Shown: positions 49,811 through 62,939 of the stretch, in pieces
Layout: each line of letters starts with the position of its first letter
How positions within the stretch are numbered: position 1 is the stretch's first letter
Assembly (NCBI RefSeq): GCF_003334785.1
Contig: NZ_QOWV01000003.1
From: Escherichia coli
GTDB lineage: Bacteria; Pseudomonadota; Gammaproteobacteria; Enterobacterales; Enterobacteriaceae
Direction: 5' to 3' (one strand)
Length of the DNA: 64,000 nt
The notes under the pieces: model-generated
Told to the model about the DNA's origin: nothing
Database searches by the model: none
What the model saw: the letters and a program-made list of their open reading frames with translations, nothing else
Position numbers and translations under genes: made by a program

Positions 49811-52666
49811 TTACAGCGCGGCGATAACAGCCTGCTGTTCAATCAGCTTCGCTTTCGCTTCCGCATAGCCTTCCAGCTTCTCACGCTCTTTCGCGATGAC
49901 CGCTTCCGGTGCGCGGGCGACAAAGCCTTCATTCGCCAGCTTGTTCTCGATACGGCTGATTTCGCCTTCGATCTTCGCCACTTCTTTCGCCAGACGCGCC
50001 AGCTCATCTTCTTTGTTGATGAGGCCAGCCATCGGGATCAGCAGCTCTGCGCCGTCGATGATCTTCGTAACGGAAACCGGACCTTTGTCATCGGCAGGCA
50101 GCACGGTGATGCTTTCCAGACGCGCCAGGGTTTGCAGGAAGCCACGGTTTTCATTTACGCGACGTTCTGCATCCGCGCTGCAACCACGCAGCAGCAGCTC
50201 CAGCGGTTTGCCCGGCGCGATGTTCATTTCTGCACGGATGTTACGTACCGCAACGATCGCCTGTTTCAGCCATTCGGTGTCGGCCAGTGTGGCTTCATCA
50301 ACCTGAGATGCATCGTACTGCGGGAACGGCTGCAGCATGATGGTGTCGGCAGTGATACCGCAAAGTACTTTCACACGCTGCCAGATGGTTTCGGTGATGA
50401 ACGGAATGATCGGATGCGCGAGGCGCAGCAGACCTTCCAGTACAGTCACCAGCGTATGGCGAGTACCGCGCAGTTCGGCTTCGGTGCCACCGTTCATTAC
50501 CGGCTTGGTCAGCTCCAGATACCAGTCACAGAACTGGTTCCAGGTGAACTCATACAGAATGCCTGCAGCGATATCGAAGCGGAAGCTGTCCAGCGCTTCG
50601 CGGTACGCTTTGATGGTCTGGTTGAACTCTGCCAGAATCCAGCGGTCCGCCAGCGACAGTGTCATTTCGCCGCCGTTAAAGCCGCAATCCTGACCTTCTG
50701 TGTTCATCAGCACAAAGCGGCTGGCGTTCCACAGCTTGTTACAGAAGTTACGGTAACCTTCCAGGCGCTTCATATCCCAGTTGATGTCACGACCGGTAGA
50801 CGCCAGCGCCGCCAGGGTGAAGCGCAGGGCATCGGTGCCGTGCGGCTCAATGCCGTTCGGGAACTGTTTCTCGGTGCGCTTACGGATTTTGTCCGCCAGC
50901 TGCGGCTGCATCATATTGCCGGTACGTTTTTCCAGCAGTTCTGGCAGCGAAATACCGTCAACCATATCCAGCGGGTCGATAACGTTACCCTTGGATTTGG
51001 ACATTTTCTGGCCTTCGTCGTCACGAATCAGACCGGTCATGTAAACAGTGTGGAACGGCACCTGCGGTTTGCCATTTTCATCTTTGATGAAGTGCATGGT
51101 CATCATGATCATGCGGGCAATCCAGAAGAAGATGATGTCGAAGCCGGATACCATCACGCTGGTTGGGTGGAACTGACGCAGGGCGTCGGTGTTTTCCGGC
51201 CAGCCAAGGGTAGAGAAGGTCCACAGCGCAGAAGAGAACCAGGTGTCGAGAACGTCTTCGTCCTGACGCAGGGCAACGTCGGCACCGAGGTTATTTTCCT
51301 TGCGCACTTCTTCTTCGTTGCGGCCAACATAAACATTACCCGCTTCGTCATACCATGCCGGGATACGGTGACCCCACCACAGCTGACGAGAGATACACCA
51401 GTCCTGAATATCGCGCATCCAGGAGAAATACATGTTTTCGTACTGCTTCGGTACGAACTGAATGTCGCCGTTCTCAACCGCTTCAACCGCCGGTTTCGCC
51501 AGTACATCGGCACGCACGTACCACTGGTCGGTCAGCATTGGTTCGATAACTACGCCGCCACGGTCGCCGTAAGGAACGGTCAGGTCGTGCGGTTTAATTT
51601 CTTCCAGCAGGCCGAGTGCGTCAACCGCAGCAACGACTGCTTTACGTGCGGCAAAACGCTCCAGTTTCTGGAATTCTGCCGGGATCTCGCTGGAATAAAC
51701 GTCAGATTCGTTACCTTTGGTATCGAACACCTGGGCGCTTTCACGGATATCGCCGTCAAAGGTCAGGATGTTGATCATCGGCAGGGCGTGACGTTTACCG
51801 ACTTCATAGTCGTTAAAGTCGTGCGCCGGGGTGATCTTCACGCAGCCGGTGCCTTTTTCCATGTCGGCGTGTTCGTCGCCAACGATCGGAATACGACGGT
51901 TAACCAGCGGTAGAATGACATATTTGCCAATCAGGTCTTTGTAACGCGGATCTTCCGGGTTAACGGCTACACCGGTATCGCCCAGCAGGGTTTCCGGACG
52001 GGTAGTCGCAACCACCAGGTAATCTTTACCGTCTGCGGTTTTCGCACCGTCAGCCAGCGGATAGCGGATGTGCCACATCGAACCTTTCGATTCGCGGTTT
52101 TCCACTTCCAGGTCAGAGATAGCGGTGCGCAGTTTCGGGTCCCAGTTTACCAGGCGTTTGCCACGGTAAATCAGGTCTTCTTTATACAGACGAACGAAAA
52201 CTTCTTTCACCGCATTGGACAGGCCTTCGTCCATCGTGAAGCGTTCACGCTCCCAGTCGACGGAGTTGCCGAGACGGCGCATCTGACGGGTAATCGTGCC
52301 GCCGGATTCCGCTTTCCATTCCCAGATTTTGTCGATGAAAGCTTCGCGGCCGTAGTCGTGACGGGTTTTACCTTCTTCTGCGGCAATCTTGCGCTCAACG
52401 ACCATCTGGGTAGCGATCCCGGCGTGGTCAGTACCGACCTGCCACAGGGTGTTTTTGCCCTGCATGCGCTGATAGCGGATCATGGTATCCATGATGGTTT
52501 GCTGGAAGGCGTGACCCATATGCAAACTGCCGGTGACGTTCGGCGGCGGGATCATGATGCAGAAACTTTCCTGGCTTTCATCGCCATTAGGCTTAAAGTA
52601 GCCCTGCTTTTCCCAGTGCTCGTAAAGCGGCTGTTCGATATCTTGTGGGTTATATGTCTTTTCCAT
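49811..52666 (-). CDS. valS: valine--tRNA ligase
   Basis: 951 aa; class I aaRS HMGH and KMSKS motifs; C-terminal coiled coil. Confidence 0.95.
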   Translation of the reverse strand: MEKTYNPQDIEQPLYEHWEKQGYFKPNGDESQESFCIMIPPPNVTGSLHMGHAFQQTIMDTMIRYQRMQGKNTLWQVGTDHAGIATQMVVERKIAAEEGKTRHDYGREAFIDKIWEWKAESGGTITRQMRRLGNSVDWERERFTMDEGLSNAVKEVFVRLYKEDLIYRGKRLVNWDPKLRTAISDLEVENRESKGSMWHIRYPLADGAKTADGKDYLVVATTRPETLLGDTGVAVNPEDPRYKDLIGKYVILPLVNRRIPIVGDEHADMEKGTGCVKITPAHDFNDYEVGKRHALPMINILTFDGDIRESAQVFDTKGNESDVYSSEIPAEFQKLERFAARKAVVAAVDALGLLEEIKPHDLTVPYGDRGGVVIEPMLTDQWYVRADVLAKPAVEAVENGDIQFVPKQYENMYFSWMRDIQDWCISRQLWWGHRIPAWYDEAGNVYVGRNEEEVRKENNLGADVALRQDEDVLDTWFSSALWTFSTLGWPENTDALRQFHPTSVMVSGFDIIFFWIARMIMMTMHFIKDENGKPQVPFHTVYMTGLIRDDEGQKMSKSKGNVIDPLDMVDGISLPELLEKRTGNMMQPQLADKIRKRTEKQFPNGIEPHGTDALRFTLAALASTGRDINWDMKRLEGYRNFCNKLWNASRFVLMNTEGQDCGFNGGEMTLSLADRWILAEFNQTIKAYREALDSFRFDIAAGILYEFTWNQFCDWYLELTKPVMNGGTEAELRGTRHTLVTVLEGLLRLAHPIIPFITETIWQRVKVLCGITADTIMLQPFPQYDASQVDEATLADTEWLKQAIVAVRNIRAEMNIAPGKPLELLLRGCSADAERRVNENRGFLQTLARLESITVLPADDKGPVSVTKIIDGAELLIPMAGLINKEDELARLAKEVAKIEGEISRIENKLANEGFVARAPEAVIAKEREKLEGYAEAKAKLIEQQAVIAAL

Positions 52667-53109
52667 TATTTCCAGGTTGCCGTATTCAGGTTGAAACCAG
52701 CCACGCGGTAGGCTTTATAGCGTTCGCGCGCCAGTTGTTTCAGAGAATCTTCATAAGGAACGAAGTCTACCACTTCTGTGAAAGCGGTGGCAAAATCTGC
52801 AAAGCATGTTCGCAGACTAATCAATATATCGCGCGGGCTGCTGCTGCGTTTTTGCGGCCAGGCGATCTCCACCGGCGCACCGCCACGCGGTCCTTCTCCC
52901 GCTAAATTATGCGGAACAAAGCTTTCTGCCGGACGCGCCCACAGGGCTTCATCCAGCCGGTAAGCCTGCTTTTCATCTTCACAGGCGATGAGCACGCGCT
53001 TACCGCTGCGCCAACGTTCTGCGGCAATTTCACACACCAGTTGCTCAACGGCGCTTAAGCCATCGACGGTGGTGTCATTGTCCAGAAGGTAGAACGTCGC
53101 GTTTTTCAT
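52666..53109 (-). CDS. holC: DNA polymerase III chi subunit
   Basis: 147 aa; [33 protein letters not shown]; 1-nt overlap with the valS start. Confidence 0.93.
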   Translation of the reverse strand: MKNATFYLLDNDTTVDGLSAVEQLVCEIAAERWRSGKRVLIACEDEKQAYRLDEALWARPAESFVPHNLAGEGPRGGAPVEIAWPQKRSSSPRDILISLRTCFADFATAFTEVVDFVPYEDSLKQLARERYKAYRVAGFNLNTATWK

Positions 53110-53119
53110 AAATGGGGCT

Positions 53120-54977
<1,858 letters not shown>

Positions 54978-55240
54978 CTACGCTCCTGAATCTTAAAGAC
55001 AACGGCGGTGGCTACAGATAGAATTGCAAGCTTTCGTAACTCATGTCCGCTGTTGCGATGACTTCGTGTTAATCTTAACGTTATTACGGCATTGGCACGT
55101 CAGAACAAAATCTGAGAGGTGAATCCGTTGAGTATAATTATCTTAGCGACGATTTCGACGACTCAAGAGAATAAATGACGTTTAAGCCATGAAACAAGCT
55201 AAAATCCTGCAAAAGACGAGTTTTTACGGGCGTATTTAAA

Positions 55241-56341
55241 GTGATAATCATAAGATATCTGGTGCGGGAGACGCTCAAAAGCCAGCTGGCGATACTCTTC
55301 ATCTTGCTTTTGATCTTCTTCTGTCAAAAGTTAGTGAGGATCCTCGGCGCAGCGGTTGACGGCGATATTCCGGCGAATCTGGTGCTCTCCCTTCTCGGGT
55401 TGGGCGTGCCGGAAATGGCGCAGCTTATCCTGCCATTAAGCCTGTTCCTCGGGCTGCTGATGACGCTGGGCAAACTGTATACCGAAAGTGAAATTACGGT
55501 AATGCATGCCTGCGGCCTGAGCAAAGCGGTTCTGGTGAAAGCGGCAATGATCCTTGCGGTATTCACGGCAATCGTCGCGGCGGTTAACGTGATGTGGGCG
55601 GGACCGTGGTCATCGCGTCATCAGGATGAAGTGTTAGCAGAAGCGAAAGCGAACCCTGGCATGGCGGCGCTGGCGCAAGGGCAATTCCAGCAAGCGACTA
55701 ATGGCAGCTCGGTGCTGTTCATCGAAAGCGTTGACGGCAGCGATTTCAAAGATGTGTTCCTCGCACAAATTCGACCAAAAGGTAATGCACGTCCTTCTGT
55801 GGTGGTGGCCGATTCCGGACATTTAACCCAGCTGCGCGACGGCTCCCAGGTCGTCACTCTCAACCAGGGAACGCGCTTCGAAGGCACTGCACTGTTACGT
55901 GATTTCCGCATTACGGATTTCCAGGATTATCAGGCGATCATTGGTCACCAGGCGGTGGCGCTCGACCCGAACGATACCGACCAGATGGACATGTGCACAT
56001 TGTGGAACACTGACACCGATCGTGCTCGCGCAGAACTGAACTGGCGTATCACGTTGGTATTCACCGTGTTTATGATGGCACTTATGGTCGTACCGCTGAG
56101 CGTGGTTAACCCACGTCAGGGACGCGTACTGTCGATGCTGCCAGCCATGCTGCTGTATCTACTTTTCTTCCTGATCCAGACCTCCCTGAAATCGAACGGC
56201 GGTAAAGGTAAGCTGGACCCGACGCTGTGGATGTGGACCGTTAACCTGATTTATCTGGCTTTGGCGATTGTTCTCAACCTTTGGGACACCGTGCCGGTCC
56301 GCCGCCTGCGCGCCAGTTTTTCGCGTAAAGGAGCGGTGTGA
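55241..56341 (+). CDS. lptF: LPS export ABC permease LptF (GTG start)
   Basis: 366 aa; MIIIRYLVRETLKSQLAILFILLLIFF; YjgP/YjgQ permease family. Confidence 0.93.
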   Translation: MIIIRYLVRETLKSQLAILFILLLIFFCQKLVRILGAAVDGDIPANLVLSLLGLGVPEMAQLILPLSLFLGLLMTLGKLYTESEITVMHACGLSKAVLVKAAMILAVFTAIVAAVNVMWAGPWSSRHQDEVLAEAKANPGMAALAQGQFQQATNGSSVLFIESVDGSDFKDVFLAQIRPKGNARPSVVVADSGHLTQLRDGSQVVTLNQGTRFEGTALLRDFRITDFQDYQAIIGHQAVALDPNDTDQMDMCTLWNTDTDRARAELNWRITLVFTVFMMALMVVPLSVVNPRQGRVLSMLPAMLLYLLFFLIQTSLKSNGGKGKLDPTLWMWTVNLIYLALAIVLNLWDTVPVRRLRASFSRKGAV

Positions 56342-57423
56342 TGCAACCTTTTGGCGTACTTGACCGCTATATCGGTAAAACTATTTTCACCACCATCATG
56401 ATGACGCTGTTCATGCTGGTGTCGCTGTCGGGCATTATCAAATTTGTCGATCAGTTGAAAAAAGCCGGGCAGGGGAGTTACGACGCGTTAGGCGCAGGAA
56501 TGTATACCTTGCTGAGCGTGCCGAAAGATGTGCAAATCTTCTTCCCGATGGCGGCTCTGCTTGGGGCGTTGCTTGGTCTTGGGATGCTGGCGCAGCGCAG
56601 CGAACTGGTGGTGATGCAGGCTTCTGGTTTTACCCGTATGCAGGTGGCGCTGTCGGTGATGAAAACCGCCATTCCGCTGGTCTTGCTGACGATGGCGATT
56701 GGCGAATGGGTCGCGCCGCAGGGCGAGCAGATGGCGCGTAACTACCGTGCGCAGGCGATGTACGGCGGCTCGTTGCTCTCTACCCAGCAAGGCTTATGGG
56801 CGAAAGATGGCAACAACTTCGTCTACATTGAGCGGGTTAAAGGTGACGAAGAGTTAGGTGGCATCAGCATTTATGCCTTTAACGAAAATCGTCGTCTGCA
56901 ATCCGTACGCTATGCCGCTACTGCGAAGTTTGACCCGGAACATAAAGTCTGGCGTCTGTCGCAGGTTGATGAATCTGATCTGACCAATCCGAAACAGATC
57001 ACCGGTTCGCAGACGGTGAGCGGCACCTGGAAAACCAACCTCACGCCAGACAAACTGGGCGTGGTGGCGCTGGACCCGGATGCACTCTCAATCAGCGGTT
57101 TGCACAACTACGTGAAGTATCTGAAGTCGAGCGGTCAGGATGCCGGACGTTATCAGCTCAATATGTGGAGCAAAATCTTCCAGCCGCTATCCGTGGCGGT
57201 GATGATGCTGATGGCGCTGTCGTTCATCTTTGGCCCACTGCGTAGCGTACCGATGGGCGTGCGTGTGGTCACCGGTATCAGCTTCGGTTTTGTCTTCTAC
57301 GTACTGGACCAGATCTTCGGCCCGCTGACGTTGGTTTACGGCATCCCGCCGATTATCGGCGCACTGTTGCCAAGCGCCAGCTTCTTCTTAATCAGCCTGT
57401 GGCTGTTAATGAGAAAATCGTAA
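56341..57423 (+). CDS. lptG: LPS export ABC permease LptG
   Basis: 360 aa from the ATG at 56341 (overlaps the lptF stop, tgATG). Confidence 0.93.
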   Translation: MQPFGVLDRYIGKTIFTTIMMTLFMLVSLSGIIKFVDQLKKAGQGSYDALGAGMYTLLSVPKDVQIFFPMAALLGALLGLGMLAQRSELVVMQASGFTRMQVALSVMKTAIPLVLLTMAIGEWVAPQGEQMARNYRAQAMYGGSLLSTQQGLWAKDGNNFVYIERVKGDEELGGISIYAFNENRRLQSVRYAATAKFDPEHKVWRLSQVDESDLTNPKQITGSQTVSGTWKTNLTPDKLGVVALDPDALSISGLHNYVKYLKSSGQDAGRYQLNMWSKIFQPLSVAVMMLMALSFIFGPLRSVPMGVRVVTGISFGFVFYVLDQIFGPLTLVYGIPPIIGALLPSASFFLISLWLLMRKS

Positions 57424-57484
57424 CCAAGCAAGGGAGCGAAAGCTCCCTTTCACATTGTTGATAAAGTCAAATACGAGTTCGATC

Positions 57485-57530
57485 GGTCCCCTCGCCCCTT
57501 TGGGGAGAGGGTTAGGGTGAGGGGGACAGA
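57485..57530. repeat. GC-rich palindromic intergenic element (resembles a Box C-type repeat)
   Basis: ggtcccctcgcccctttggggagagggttagggtgagggggaca between convergent lptG and yjgR; family assignment is from memory. Confidence 0.35.
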
Positions 57531-57541
57531 TCGCGCCTGAC

Positions 57542-59044
57542 TTACCTTCTTCTCCCTCCCAGCAAACTCCCCAACATCCCGCGTACAATCTGATTCGTCA
57601 CCTGGCGAGCGGCGCTTTTGGCCATTGTCTGCACCACACCATCTTTCTTCCCGCCGCGTGGTCCGGTAGTGCCGAACAAAATATCCTTCAATCCACCAAG
57701 AATGCCGTCATCTACCGCTATCTCTTTCCCTTTCGCTGGAGGATTATTTTGCTGTTCAATACTCGCCTGTACGCCTTTTTGCAACATCTCATAGGCGGAT
57801 TCCCGGTCCACGTCATCCTCGTACTTGCCATACACCGGGGAGTGGTTAATCAAGCCATTGCGCTCATCTTCCGTCACCGGTCCCATCCGCGAACAAGGCG
57901 CAATCACCATCGCCCGTTCCACCACAGAAGGACTTCCTTTTGCATCGAGAAACGAGATTAACGCCTCGCCGGTCCCCAGTTCCTGGATTGCCTTTTCGGT
58001 ATCAAACGCCGGATTGGCCCGCATGGTTTGCGCCGCAGCTTTTACCGCTTTCTGATCTTTTGGCGTAAAAGCCCGCAAAGCGTGCTGAACGCGATTACCG
58101 AGCTGGCCGAGCACATTATCCGGAATATCAGACGGGTTTTGCGAAACGAACCAGACGCCCACGCCTTTTGAGCGAATAAGCCTTATCACCTGCTCAATCT
58201 TATCCAGCAGTACCTGCGGTGCATCGTTAAACAGCAGATGTGCTTCGTCGAAGAAAAACACCAGTTTTGGCTTCTCCAGATCGCCCGCTTCCGGCAATTG
58301 TTCATACAACTCTGAAATCATCCACAGCAGGCTGGCGGCGTACAGTTTCGGCATCTGATAAAGCTTCTCGGCGCTGAGGATATTAATAACGCCTTTACCG
58401 TTGGCATCGGTGCGCATCAAGTCTTTGATATCCAGCATCGGCTCACCAAAGAAGTGTGCTGCGCCTTGCTGTTCCAGCGACAACAGCCCGCGCTGGATGG
58501 CACCAACCGATGCGCTACTGATATTTCCGTACTGATTCTGGAAAGATTTGGCGTTATCGCCGATGTACTGGGTAATCGCCCGCAGATCTTTAAAGTCGAG
58601 CAGTAACAGCCCCTGATCGTCAGCAATTCGGAAGATGATATTCAGCACGCCAGATTGCACATCGTTGAGATTCAACAGCCGCGCCAGCAACAGCGGCCCC
58701 AGATCCGAAACCGTCGCCCGCACCGGATGGCCTTTCTCGCCAAAGATATCCCACACCACCACCGGATTAGCATGCGGTTGCCAGTCATTTACGCCGATAT
58801 TTTTAAGCCTTGCGAGCAGTTTTTCCGACGCCGTTCCTGCCTGCGCGATACCGGTCAGATCGCCTTTCACATCGGCCATAAACACCGGCACGCCGATTTC
58901 CGATAGAGACTCCGCCAGTTTTTGCAGCGTGACAGTTTTACCCGTCCCCGTTGCGCCAGTAATCAGCCCGTGACGGTTAGCCATTCCCGGCAGTAAAAAC
59001 AGTTCTGTGTCCGGCGTGCGGGCAATTAACAGGGGTTCGCTCAT
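57542..59044 (-). CDS. yjgR: DUF853-family P-loop NTPase
   Basis: 500 aa from the ATG at 59044 ([19 protein letters not shown]...); Walker A GATGTGKT. Confidence 0.9.
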   Translation of the reverse strand: MSEPLLIARTPDTELFLLPGMANRHGLITGATGTGKTVTLQKLAESLSEIGVPVFMADVKGDLTGIAQAGTASEKLLARLKNIGVNDWQPHANPVVVWDIFGEKGHPVRATVSDLGPLLLARLLNLNDVQSGVLNIIFRIADDQGLLLLDFKDLRAITQYIGDNAKSFQNQYGNISSASVGAIQRGLLSLEQQGAAHFFGEPMLDIKDLMRTDANGKGVINILSAEKLYQMPKLYAASLLWMISELYEQLPEAGDLEKPKLVFFFDEAHLLFNDAPQVLLDKIEQVIRLIRSKGVGVWFVSQNPSDIPDNVLGQLGNRVQHALRAFTPKDQKAVKAAAQTMRANPAFDTEKAIQELGTGEALISFLDAKGSPSVVERAMVIAPCSRMGPVTEDERNGLINHSPVYGKYEDDVDRESAYEMLQKGVQASIEQQNNPPAKGKEIAVDDGILGGLKDILFGTTGPRGGKKDGVVQTMAKSAARQVTNQIVRGMLGSLLGGRRR

Positions 59045-59173
59045 GAGATTTCCTCCAGTTTCCTGCCTGGAGTATAGGCAACGGCTGTGCACTCTTCACC
59101 GCTAAATTCAGCAGATTGCGAGACGCCTTCCAAAGAGATTTAAGTGCCGGGCGACAGGCTCCCGGCAAAGGGA

Positions 59174-60193
59174 TCAGAAGTCGGCTTTCAGGACCACGCG
59201 GTAGCGCGCTTTACCATCGCGTACATGCTGGATGGCGTCGTTAATTTTCGACATCGGGAACAGTTCGGTGGTCGGCGCAACCTTGCTGCGGGCGGCAAAA
59301 CGCATCAGCTTACGCAGCTCATAAGGCGTGCCGGTAGCAGAACCAGAGATGCTGCGGTCGCCCGCAATTAACGTAAAGGCCGGAACAGACAGCGGCGTGA
59401 GAACCGCACCGACCGTATGGAAATTACCGCCATAGGTCAGCGCCTCAAAATAAGGCTGCCAGTCGAGGCTGACGTTCACAGTATTGATAATGAGATCAAA
59501 CTGCCCCGACAGGGCTTTCAGTGCCTGCGGATCGCGGCTATTCACCACTTTATCGGTACCCATCGCCAGTACTTCCTGCTCTTTCGCCGGATTAGAACTA
59601 AAGGCCGTCACCTCGCATCCCATTGCGTGCAGAAGTTTTATAGCGATATGCCCCAGCCCGCCAATACCAATTACCCCAACGCGGCTGGTAGCAGTGATAT
59701 GGTGCATCAACAGTGGTTTAAAGACCGTGATACCGCCGCACAACAGCGGCCCGGCGGACTCGATATCAATATTTTCTGGCAGTGGAATCACCCATTGCCA
59801 GTCCGCACGCAACTTCTCGGCAAAGCCACCGCGATTCATAATCGTCGGCACCGCACCTTGCTCGCAGTTGATCTGATTACCGCTAATACAGGTGTCGCAG
59901 TGACCACAGCTACGCGCCGTCCAGCCAATCCCGACACGCTGACCGACCTGCAAACCTTTATCCTGCGCGGCGCTCCCGAGTGCCACCACGCGCCCAATCA
60001 CCTCATGCCCGGCAACCAGCGGATATTGTGAAAATCCCCATTCGTTATCGATCATCGACAGATCGGAATGACAAATCCCGCAGTAATCCACCTGCACTTC
60101 AACATCTTGTGGCTTCAGCTCACCGGGATCGTACTCATAAACTTCCAGTTCGCCGCCCGCTTCTTTTGCGGCATAGCTTTTTATCATCGACAT
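59174..60193 (-). CDS. ahr: Zn-dependent NADPH aldehyde reductase (Ahr/YjgB)
   Basis: 339 aa from the ATG at 60193 ([26 protein letters not shown]...); MDR alcohol dehydrogenase motifs ([14 protein letters not shown]). Confidence 0.9.
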   Translation of the reverse strand: MSMIKSYAAKEAGGELEVYEYDPGELKPQDVEVQVDYCGICHSDLSMIDNEWGFSQYPLVAGHEVIGRVVALGSAAQDKGLQVGQRVGIGWTARSCGHCDTCISGNQINCEQGAVPTIMNRGGFAEKLRADWQWVIPLPENIDIESAGPLLCGGITVFKPLLMHHITATSRVGVIGIGGLGHIAIKLLHAMGCEVTAFSSNPAKEQEVLAMGTDKVVNSRDPQALKALSGQFDLIINTVNVSLDWQPYFEALTYGGNFHTVGAVLTPLSVPAFTLIAGDRSISGSATGTPYELRKLMRFAARSKVAPTTELFPMSKINDAIQHVRDGKARYRVVLKADF

Positions 60194-60388
60194 TTTTGGG
60201 TCCTTCTCTGGTGTTGTTTGGGAAGTGTAGAGCATGGCAGGGCGGGGTGCCTGGAGTGTGACAAAGGTTACATATCGCTGAGTGTAATGCTGAAAATTTC
60301 AGCACTTAGCGAGGTGGGTGCAAGCTGGCGCTTGCATGGTGGCGTGCGACAGGTATAATCCACAACGTTTTCCGCATACCTCTTCAGT

Positions 60389-60473
60389 GCCGAAGTGGCG
60401 AAATCGGTAGACGCAGTTGATTCAAAATCAACCGTAGAAATACGTGCCGGTTCGAGTCCGGCCTTCGGCACCA
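60389..60473 (+). tRNA. leuX: tRNA-Leu (anticodon CAA)
   Basis: 85-nt sequence gccgaagtggcg...ttcaaaa...ggttcgagtccggccttcggcacca with long variable arm, CAA anticodon loop and 3' CCA. Confidence 0.9.
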
Positions 60474-60563
60474 AGTCTTATCTAAGTCGTTGTTTTAAAA
60501 CAATTTAATCCATAATTTTGCTTGAAATCGCGTAGCCCCTCTTACAAAAGGGTATACGAGGCG

Positions 60564-62474
60564 ATGTCTCAGCGATATAAACTCTATCGTCGAACCAGCG
60601 GCATTTATGTTGTCCGCATTAGCATTCCCCAACGTTTTCGTCGATACGCAGGACAGTGTGAGATTCACACTTCAACAGGCACTCACGATCTTCATGAAGC
60701 AAAGCAGAAGTCCGCGCTCCTGTTGGCGGTCTGGTATCAGACCTTACAAGAGTATGAACAATTGGATTATCGAACTTTAAGTGACTGCGCCCCGCTGCTT
60801 GCTGGTGAGGGTATGATCTCGCTTTCTAACTTTGCTCAGTCAGTTGAGTTGCCTGTTGCGCAATTAATACAGGCGGTGATGAACCGTAATCTGCCCGTAT
60901 TCTGGCTGGCGACGGGGCAGGCTGGCTTTTATGTTGCAGCGCTCTCTGAGGCTGAGCTAGACCCGCTTGATGGCAGTTACGTTCTTAATTATGGCGAAGA
61001 GAAGGGTATCGAGGGGGTTGCTAAAGGCTATCTGCAACTCACTGCGCAACCAGCACATTTACGTAACATTATTAGCGACGGTTATTCAGAAGCTTCGGTG
61101 TTCAAAACTGCCGGAAGCGACGCTAAAGGCGGTTGGTTTTTCACCTCCGGTTGGCCGGTAATTAAACCCGATACGCTTTTGATCAATAAAGTCCATGCAG
61201 AAAGCCTAAGGCTTGATTGGCTGGCTAAGACCACGCCTCCAGTCGCTAGTGTTCATCCTACCGTGCCTCTTGCCGCTCCTGCCCCTACTATCGATAACGA
61301 GTATGTTAATCGAAAGTATTACACTAAGAATCTGTCGTGGTTATGCTCTGAATATCTAAAGCATCGGCGCAAGGGCAAGGTATCGGAGTCGGCTATAAGT
61401 GATATCCGTAACTATTTCAGCTTTATGATCGAAGCGATGGGTGACATTCAGTTGGAAGATTTTGATCGCGATTTCCTCCGGGCTTATGAGAGCAAACTGC
61501 GCACGATCCCAGCAAACCGTAATTTAGTCAAAGCTAAATATGGAGTGAAAACGCTGGATCAGTTAATCGCCAAAGCGGCAGAATGCGGCGATAAATTGAT
61601 GACTGAGGAATCCGTTAGGAAGTATATCAACGGCATTTATGGTGCAATGAAGTGGGCTGTTGCTGACGGTAAGCTACTGAAATCGCCATGCGAAAACTTT
61701 TTTCCATCCGATGATAAAGATGAGCGAGATCAGGATCACACTGACATATTTGAACCGCATGAAATTAAAGCGATTTTTTCGTTACCGTGGTTTGAGGCTG
61801 GAACTGTTGAACGCAATGCGCAAGGGCGATTCCATCAATATTGCCCGTTTAACTATTGGGCACCTTTGCTGGGCTTGATGACGGGGGCGCGAGTTAATGA
61901 AATCGCTCAGTTACTGCTGAGTGATGTTCTGGCAGACGACGGCGTCTATTATTTGAACCTTGAAAGCGATAATGAAAGCGGAAAGAAACTCAAAAATGCT
62001 AATGCTCGCCGCAAGATTCCGCTCCATTCAAAGCTGATTAGTCTCGGTTTCATCGACTACGTGAACGCCTTAAAAGATGCAGGGTATACCCGTCTCTTCC
62101 CGGAGCTTAAACCACATAAAACAAAAGGCTATGGTAGGCCAGTTTCCGCATGGTTCAATGAATCGTTGCTTGCGGGGCGGTTGAAACTCGAGAGGAACAG
62201 AAGCAAATCTTTCCATTCTTTTCGCCACTCAGTTTCGACTTTGCTCAAGGAGAAGGGCGTTAGCTCAGAATTACGAGCGCAGCTACTTGGGCATGTGCGC
62301 GGCGAAACTGAAACGGAAGTGCGATATAGCAAAGACCTCAAACCAATTCATATGATTGAAGTCGTGGAGAAAATTGATTTTTCGTTACCTGATATAGCGG
62401 AATTCAACATTCCTGACGGGCTGGATGCTGTCAGAGATGCGTTGCGAAGAAAGCGTGGCAAACAAACAGGTTGA
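60564..62474 (+). CDS. large tyrosine-type site-specific recombinase/integrase (~636 aa)
   Basis: ATG at 60564 with acgagg RBS; C-terminal catalytic motifs TGARVNE (Arg), HSFRHSVSTLL (HxxR), LLGHVRGETETEVRYSK (His, Tyr); long N-terminal and central extensions. Confidence 0.85.
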   Translation: MSQRYKLYRRTSGIYVVRISIPQRFRRYAGQCEIHTSTGTHDLHEAKQKSALLLAVWYQTLQEYEQLDYRTLSDCAPLLAGEGMISLSNFAQSVELPVAQLIQAVMNRNLPVFWLATGQAGFYVAALSEAELDPLDGSYVLNYGEEKGIEGVAKGYLQLTAQPAHLRNIISDGYSEASVFKTAGSDAKGGWFFTSGWPVIKPDTLLINKVHAESLRLDWLAKTTPPVASVHPTVPLAAPAPTIDNEYVNRKYYTKNLSWLCSEYLKHRRKGKVSESAISDIRNYFSFMIEAMGDIQLEDFDRDFLRAYESKLRTIPANRNLVKAKYGVKTLDQLIAKAAECGDKLMTEESVRKYINGIYGAMKWAVADGKLLKSPCENFFPSDDKDERDQDHTDIFEPHEIKAIFSLPWFEAGTVERNAQGRFHQYCPFNYWAPLLGLMTGARVNEIAQLLLSDVLADDGVYYLNLESDNESGKKLKNANARRKIPLHSKLISLGFIDYVNALKDAGYTRLFPELKPHKTKGYGRPVSAWFNESLLAGRLKLERNRSKSFHSFRHSVSTLLKEKGVSSELRAQLLGHVRGETETEVRYSKDLKPIHMIEVVEKIDFSLPDIAEFNIPDGLDAVRDALRRKRGKQTG

Positions 62475-62606
62475 ATCAGTTACTATTCAGTTGAGTGATG
62501 CTTGAATGCGCTGGGACGCTTCCTGGCGCATTTTTTATTAAGGGTGGTGGATTTCATAGTGCTGAATTTGGAGACGCTCAAAACACGTTTGGTGAAACTT
62601 GATGAC

Positions 62607-62939
62607 CTACGATTGCACCCGCAGCCCTTCTACGCTTTCTGATGGTAGATTTATCACTGTTTTAATGCTGGCCTCTATGTTGCCAATGATGTCTTCGCGC
62701 GGGCCGCTGCGCCAGTCATCGCTTGCGTAAAAAGCGTCGAGAACCGTAGTCATGCTTTTAGGGCTGACAAAGGCGCGAATCAGGTAATAGCAGTCCGGGT
62801 CATGCAGAGAGTTACCAAACGAAACAACATCGATCCCGTGGCGTTGGTGTAGGGGAACACTGATTTCCTGCATAATGGCGTGAAAAGCGGCACCGCTGCC
62901 TTTGCGTAAGGTGTATTGCAGTATCTCGACGGTTCTCAA
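62607..62939 (-). CDS. hypothetical small protein, possibly NIPSNAP-like (dimeric alpha+beta barrel); TTG start
   Basis: 110 aa ORF convergent with the integrase; ggag RBS 8 nt before TTG; pattern VEILQYTLRKGSGAAF...HGIDVVSFGNSLHDPDCYYLIRAF...FYASDDW judged by eye only. Confidence 0.35.
   Translation of the reverse strand: MRTVEILQYTLRKGSGAAFHAIMQEISVPLHQRHGIDVVSFGNSLHDPDCYYLIRAFVSPKSMTTVLDAFYASDDWRSGPREDIIGNIEASIKTVINLPSESVEGLRVQS

Noticed and set aside
50132-51913. 593-aa ORF on the plus strand inside valS
   Set aside because: Antisense to a well-supported essential gene; composition typical of a GC-rich frame artefact.
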